From: an uncultured virus (IMG/VR IMGVR_UViG_3300025280_000029)
Taxonomy: Duplodnaviria; Heunggongvirae; Uroviricota; Caudoviricetes
DNA length: 20,000 bases
Direction: 5' to 3' (one strand)
Virus record (IMG/VR): IMGVR_UViG_3300025280_000029
The notes under the pieces were generated by a model. It made no database searches and was not told the DNA's origin. It saw only the letters and a program-made list of their open reading frames with translations. Of this stretch, positions 16,474-20,000 are shown piece by piece. Position 1 is the stretch's first letter; each line of letters starts with the position of its first letter. Position numbers and translations under genes: made by a program.

Positions 16474-16842
16474 ATGTCACATATGAAACTTATACTAGAA
16501 AACTGGAAGAAGTTTATTAACGAAGGCACACCGTCTGATAGTTGGTCCCCCGAGGAACAGCGCGCCCACGACATAGCCCAACGGGTATACCGCTCCATAA
16601 AACAAGAGGGATATATTGCAGTGCTCCCCGACGACTTCCCAGGTCAGTTCGATGTGTACTCCAACAAAACCCCAGAGCAGGTCGTCTTAGCTAAGCTTAT
16701 GGAACACGCCTTGTTCGACATAAAGTTAGCCCGCCGCCGAGCCGGCGCGCGCCAGCAGCGCGGCCATTGGAGGCATTGGGCACAGGACTTGTATGATGAA
16801 GGGTTCCTCGCGACGTCGCCCCCGGCCCAAGCAAAAAAGTAG
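16474..16842 (+). CDS. Hypothetical protein with MKLILENWKKFINE tag
   Basis: Shares its N-terminal motif with ORF 2926. Preceded by CTAATTAG, a variant of the ACTATTTA motif. Confidence 0.75.
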   Translation: MSHMKLILENWKKFINEGTPSDSWSPEEQRAHDIAQRVYRSIKQEGYIAVLPDDFPGQFDVYSNKTPEQVVLAKLMEHALFDIKLARRRAGARQQRGHWRHWAQDLYDEGFLATSPPAQAKK

Positions 16843-16852
16843 AAAACAGCCC

Positions 16853-16881
16853 TTGACATCCTGTTCCCCGTCACCTATAAT
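16853..16881 (+). promoter_or_regulatory. Consensus sigma70 promoter
   Basis: Perfect TTGACA-17 bp-TATAAT. Confidence 0.85.
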
Positions 16882-16901
16882 ATAACTAAATGGAGACACT
16901 A

Positions 16902-17129
16902 ATGAATACAGCATACCCACCCCATACCCTAGACGACATCGAGCAGGCAGCCCTTGACCGGCTAACTGACGACCGTCGTACGAACGGCCCCCTTCCACCC
17001 GAGGCCGAGGAGTCCCTGCACCTAGCCGGTGTTTTTTGGGATGAAGAGGCAGACGAATATATTTCTATTACGCGCCTCGTCTCTGATCACAACATGAATA
17101 TCCTACAGCAACTACTGCCAGAAAACTAA
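16902..17129 (+). CDS. Hypothetical acidic protein
   Basis: GGAG RBS at 16892 favours ATG 16902 over 16890. Confidence 0.7.
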   Translation: MNTAYPPHTLDDIEQAALDRLTDDRRTNGPLPPEAEESLHLAGVFWDEEADEYISITRLVSDHNMNILQQLLPEN

Positions 17130-17148
17130 AAAAATTCGTAACTGCTAC

Positions 17149-17177
17149 TTGCTTTTCTAACCCAGCTACGCTATAAT
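17149..17177 (+). promoter_or_regulatory. Sigma70-like promoter
   Basis: TTGCTT-17 bp-TATAAT. Confidence 0.7.
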
Positions 17178-17201
17178 TAGAGCATGGAGAGAGACAAAAA
17201 A

Positions 17202-18005
17202 ATGACTCAACTTGCGCAGAAGCTTCAGAGCGTTGTACAGAACCCCTTGCTATCTCAGCGAGATAGGGAGTTTGCTAGGTCCCTGGAAAAGTATTACGAG
17301 AAGAACAGGAAGCTATCTACTGGTCGGCGTCGCTGCTTGGCGCAACTAGAAGCCCGGGCAGAATCACTTAAGTCTGTTAACGTTGATCGGAAGACTCTAG
17401 ATCGTCTCAATCGGCTAGCAGCTAAAGTTGAAAGCAACGCATGGGCCACAGATTTTGTTACGTCCCTTACTGACAGAATTGGTTATGGACGGGAACTCAC
17501 TCCTGCGCAGATTAATCGACTAGGACAGATCGAGGAAGAGTATTCCGATGCAGCTGTTGAAAAGAAGGCAAAGTTTGCTCGCGAGTTTTCCCCCGAGATG
17601 CGCGCTAGAATGAATGTCGCCGCAGAATACTACGTTAACAATCCCCCCTACTATGGTGATCTAATTAAGCAGATTGGTGATGACGAGGATTTCATTCCTT
17701 CCGAGAAGCAGTGGAGATCAATGGTGGAGAACAAGTATGCCAGCAAAGTCTGGGAAAATTACACTTCTCCCCCCAAGTATCCAGTAGGTACATGCGTACA
17801 ATTGCGTAAAAGTTCGCGCGTCCTGTTCTGCCATCAGAGCAAGATGGGTTTTGTTGTCGAGGCCGGCCAAAAGGTGCCGGTTACATCGGCCAAGGGGGGG
17901 AAGATCTATCTCATCCTCCCGGTAGGAGAGATTACTCCCATTTATTGCGAGGAGCGCGATCTTAAACTATATAGAAAGAAGAAGAAAGAAGAAGATATCT
18001 TTTAG
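17202..18005 (+). CDS. Hypothetical protein: repeated helical F..SL....LS/T..Q/R unit plus C-terminal SH3/KOW-like domain
   Basis: FARSLEKYYEKNRKLSTGR and FVTSLTDRIGYGRELTPAQ units. C-terminal PKYPVGTCVQL...MGFVV...YLIL...ERDLK. GGAGAG RBS favours ATG 17202. Confidence 0.8.
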   Translation: MTQLAQKLQSVVQNPLLSQRDREFARSLEKYYEKNRKLSTGRRRCLAQLEARAESLKSVNVDRKTLDRLNRLAAKVESNAWATDFVTSLTDRIGYGRELTPAQINRLGQIEEEYSDAAVEKKAKFAREFSPEMRARMNVAAEYYVNNPPYYGDLIKQIGDDEDFIPSEKQWRSMVENKYASKVWENYTSPPKYPVGTCVQLRKSSRVLFCHQSKMGFVVEAGQKVPVTSAKGGKIYLILPVGEITPIYCEERDLKLYRKKKKEEDIF

Positions 18006-18015
18006 TACACAAGCT

Positions 18016-18180
18016 ACCGGAGGTACTATACATAAAATAAGGGTTCCTGTCTCAACGAACCCGTTCGCCCAAATTTGGTAAAAAGGAAATATATTTTTAA
18101 AGTAATGGGCAACCCGATAGAGGAGTTAACGAGAGGCTGGCAAGTCGGCAGCGAGGACACCCGACACCTCCGGTTTTTTT
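18016..18180 (+). ncRNA. Candidate structured RNA or terminator-like element
   Basis: 9-bp closing stem ACCGGAGGT/ACCTCCGGT encloses three smaller stems and is followed by a T7 run. Confidence 0.3.
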
Positions 18181-18258
18181 ATTTGACAATAAAGTTTTAG
18201 TCATTGACACAGACCCGAATCTCAGGCATAATATACGTATGATGAAACTTGGCGATTT
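18180..18258 (+). promoter_or_regulatory. Array-head promoter module, copy 1
   Basis: TATTTGACAATAAAGTTTT, then TTGACA(18204)-17 bp-CATAAT(18227), 6 nt, ATGATG. Colinear with copy 2 at 19038. Confidence 0.8.
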
Positions 18259-18421
18259 GGTAAGATGTATATATGCTAGCGGGCAGATCGGCTTAATTGT
18301 CGGTGTCGCGACAGACCATGCCCGACCCCTGTATAGTGTCCTCATCGAAGAGGAAGGTGGCAGGTCGCGCGCATACCGCTTCGTTGCAGAGCATCTGGAG
18401 TTATTAAGTGAAGCCGGGTGA
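18239..18421 (+). CDS. GDLV-family cassette protein
   Basis: MMKLGDLVRC...LELLSEAG. Confidence 0.8.
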   Translation: MMKLGDLVRCIYASGQIGLIVGVATDHARPLYSVLIEEEGGRSRAYRFVAEHLELLSEAG

Positions 18422-18626
18422 TCTAGTAAAATTGTGTGGCGCTCTAGACCCCACCGGCAAGGCACTGGGCATTGTAGTATGCCGGCATGCCTCCGAAGCC
18501 ACGCGCAGCGGCACTACCCTCGACACGGTTATCGATGTATATTGGCCAGAGGACGGACATCCCGCCGGCGGCTATAGGCGCACAGAACTATCAGAATTTT
18601 TGGAGGTTGTAAATGAAAGTCGGTGA
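18408..18626 (+). CDS. GDLV-family cassette protein
   Basis: MKPGDLVKL...LEVVNESR. 14-nt overlaps at both ends. Confidence 0.82.
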   Translation: MKPGDLVKLCGALDPTGKALGIVVCRHASEATRSGTTLDTVIDVYWPEDGHPAGGYRRTELSEFLEVVNESR

Positions 18627-18810
18627 CTTGGTGAAAGCAGCAGACAAAACGTTTTATCAGACCATATGGGAAGGTGCAGGTATCCTGCTTCGTCCCGACG
18701 AGGGGCGCACATATGTTGAGTGGTCGAATTCCTGGGAAATTCTCTGTGATGACGGTAAACGTCGAGTTATTGACGGCGAAGATATTGAGGTAATCGGTGC
18801 AACGCGATGA
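18613..18810 (+). CDS. GDLV-family cassette protein
   Basis: MKVGDLVKA...IEVIGATR. Confidence 0.82.
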   Translation: MKVGDLVKAADKTFYQTIWEGAGILLRPDEGRTYVEWSNSWEILCDDGKRRVIDGEDIEVIGATR

Positions 18811-19006
18811 TTCAGAATATCCCAACCTAGGCGATCTATTGTTTATGGAATGTTTGCCCGGGGGACCGTGCCTTTACCTGGGAAAGTATCGAGGTATAGG
18901 AAACCAATTATACTTCACAGTATATCACGGTTCTTCACAAACAATTATGAAGCTTCCAGATTATCACTTTATCGATATTGAGTTGGCCAAAGATTGTGGC
19001 TACTAG
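18797..19006 (+). CDS. Divergent GDLV-family cassette protein
   Basis: YPNLGDLLFM. GAGG RBS and 14-nt overlap with the previous gene. Confidence 0.7.
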   Translation: MQRDDSEYPNLGDLLFMECLPGGPCLYLGKYRGIGNQLYFTVYHGSSQTIMKLPDYHFIDIELAKDCGY

Positions 19007-19037
19007 AGAGAGTGTTAAGATCGGTGATTAAAACTTT

Positions 19038-19116
19038 TATTTGACAATAAAGTTTTCGGAATTGACTTCTTCTAAAATCTCAGGCATAATATATACATGA
19101 TGAAGATTGGCGATTT
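19038..19116 (+). promoter_or_regulatory. Array-head promoter module, copy 2
   Basis: TATTTGACAATAAAGTTTT, then TTGACT(19062)-17 bp-CATAAT(19085), 6 nt, ATGATG. Confidence 0.8.
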
Positions 19117-19321
19117 AGTTCAGGAAGTCGACCCCGAGCGACCGGAGGAGAAGTTTCCCATGGGAATCGTCATTCCTTTCCCGGCCGGCTTTCCCGAATC
19201 CGTCGGCCGCAGCGCCGCCGATTACGAAAACGGCGACATAGTGTGGGTTTCTTGGCCCCAGCTTGGCCAAGAAAACTGGTGCTATATAGATGAATTGAGG
19301 TTGCTGAATGAAAATCGGTGA
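19097..19321 (+). CDS. GDLV-family cassette protein
   Basis: MMKIGDLVQE...LRLLNENR. Confidence 0.85.
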   Translation: MMKIGDLVQEVDPERPEEKFPMGIVIPFPAGFPESVGRSAADYENGDIVWVSWPQLGQENWCYIDELRLLNENR

Positions 19322-19514
19322 CTTGGTAAAATACACCCCCGAAATGACAGGGCTGCAAAATTGTTTTGGAATCGTTATTGGTTTAAACGGAGGAGCGGTG
19401 GAAGTCCAGTGGACTGACCTTCACTCCGCCCCAGCTTTGACGACGCGCACGCGCGGCAAGGAAATCGGAGTCGAACTACCTGATTTCTTGGAGGTTGTAA
19501 ATGAAAATCGGTGA
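19308..19514 (+). CDS. GDLV-family cassette protein
   Basis: MKIGDLVKY...LEVVNENR. Confidence 0.85.
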   Translation: MKIGDLVKYTPEMTGLQNCFGIVIGLNGGAVEVQWTDLHSAPALTTRTRGKEIGVELPDFLEVVNENR

Positions 19515-19722
19515 CATTGTAACGGAAACGGGCACGTGGAGACTACGTACTCCGTACGTCGGTGAACTCGGCATTATAGTGCCACTCCCGGGCAGGTTGA
19601 CTGGAACACAGTTCGAACGGGAAGCTAATGACGGAAACATTGTTTGGGTTCACTGGACTGAATCTGGTGAGGACATCTGGTCCTTCGTTTCAGAGTTGGA
19701 GGTTGTAAGTGAAAATCGGTGA
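19501..19722 (+). CDS. GDLV-family cassette protein
   Basis: MKIGDIVTE...LEVVSENR. Confidence 0.85.
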   Translation: MKIGDIVTETGTWRLRTPYVGELGIIVPLPGRLTGTQFEREANDGNIVWVHWTESGEDIWSFVSELEVVSENR

Positions 19723-19909
19723 CTTGGTAAGATTTCGTTCCTCGTACCCGGATTGGCCTGTAGGAATAGTTGTAGAGGAATTTCATCTGAACTCTGTCGC
19801 TGTGGCACAACCATATACCGAACTGCGTGTTCAATGGCTAGACGATGACAACAAGAATGTTAGCTGGGTAAGGCGGAAAGACTTGGAGGTTGTAAGTGAA
19901 AGTCGGTGA
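19709..19909 (+). CDS. GDLV-family cassette protein
   Basis: MKIGDLVRF...LEVVSESR. Confidence 0.85.
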   Translation: MKIGDLVRFRSSYPDWPVGIVVEEFHLNSVAVAQPYTELRVQWLDDDNKNVSWVRRKDLEVVSESR

Positions 19910-20000
19910 CTTGGTAATGAAGGCCAAAACCAGCGGTGTCCGCGATGCGGCGGGTTTTGGAATTGTGATAGATACTGTGTATAAATCGGGCGGTCAGTAC
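19896..20000 (+). CDS. GDLV-family cassette protein, 3'-truncated by window edge
   Basis: GTG 19896 lies within the junction repeat. Translates MKVGDLVMKAKTSGVRDAAGFGIVIDTVYKSGGQY... Confidence 0.8.
   Translation, partial: MKVGDLVMKAKTSGVRDAAGFGIVIDTVYKSGGQY

Larger units (their letters stand above)
18395..19917 (+). repeat. Interspersed ~35-bp gene-junction direct repeat, consensus TTGGAGGTTGTAARTGAAARTCGGTGACTTGGTAA
   Basis: Copies start at 18395 (divergent), 18600, 18784 (degenerate), 19295, 19488, 19696 and 19883. Confidence 0.92.

Noticed and set aside
18105..18200. 31-aa ORF MGNPIEELTRGWQVGSEDTRHLRFFYLTIKF
   Set aside because: Very short, no clear RBS, and it runs through a T tract and the promoter module.
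10737..18228. 13-nt identity CGAATCTCAGGCA between the tRNA-Lys T arm and array promoter copy 1, a possible att site
   Set aside because: A 13-mer match is expected by chance in 20 kb. It does not extend to the tRNA 3' end and no integrase is present.
521..19834. Minus-strand ORFs and nested alternative-frame + ORFs in the ORF track
   Set aside because: They overlap better-supported + strand genes, lack RBS or recognisable motifs, and look like shadow ORFs.
18395..19917. CRISPR array
   Set aside because: Spacers are 150-175 bp open reading frames rather than 25-45 bp, the repeats are non-palindromic and coding, and no cas genes are visible.
18239..20000. Integron cassette array or diversity-generating retroelement
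   Set aside because: There are no attC-like inverted-repeat sites between genes (the genes overlap). No integrase or reverse transcriptase is in the window, and no template/variable repeat pair differing at adenines was seen.

Overview
A densely coding window with every credible gene on the + strand. It looks like an accessory region of a large tailed phage genome (inference: many short overlapping ORFs, scattered tRNAs, no housekeeping operons; no structural hallmark gene is visible). The left part (1-8.8 kb) encodes a trypsin-like protease, a VWA lipoprotein, a eukaryote-type HAD phosphomannomutase, a Pol-beta-type nucleotidyltransferase next to a Nudix hydrolase, a HotDog thioesterase, a 766-aa unknown protein and a HAD 5'-nucleotidase-like protein. 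The middle carries an AIPR-like protein, two predicted lipoproteins, a PcfJ/LRV-like protein and three CCA-encoding tRNAs (Lys-UUU, Leu-UAA with short variable arm, Ile-UAU). About 20 small paralogous 'K(I/V)GDLV' SH3/KOW-like ORFs are spread over 8.8-20 kb. From 18.2 kb to the window end they form two promoter-headed arrays. In these arrays a conserved ~35-bp DNA repeat (TTGGAGGTTGTAARTGAAARTCGGTGACTTGGTAA) recurs every 184-208 bp. Each repeat holds the RBS and start codon of the next gene and the stop codon of the previous one, so the region resembles a repeat-spacer array with protein-coding spacers. All family assignments come from motif recognition by eye, not database searches.
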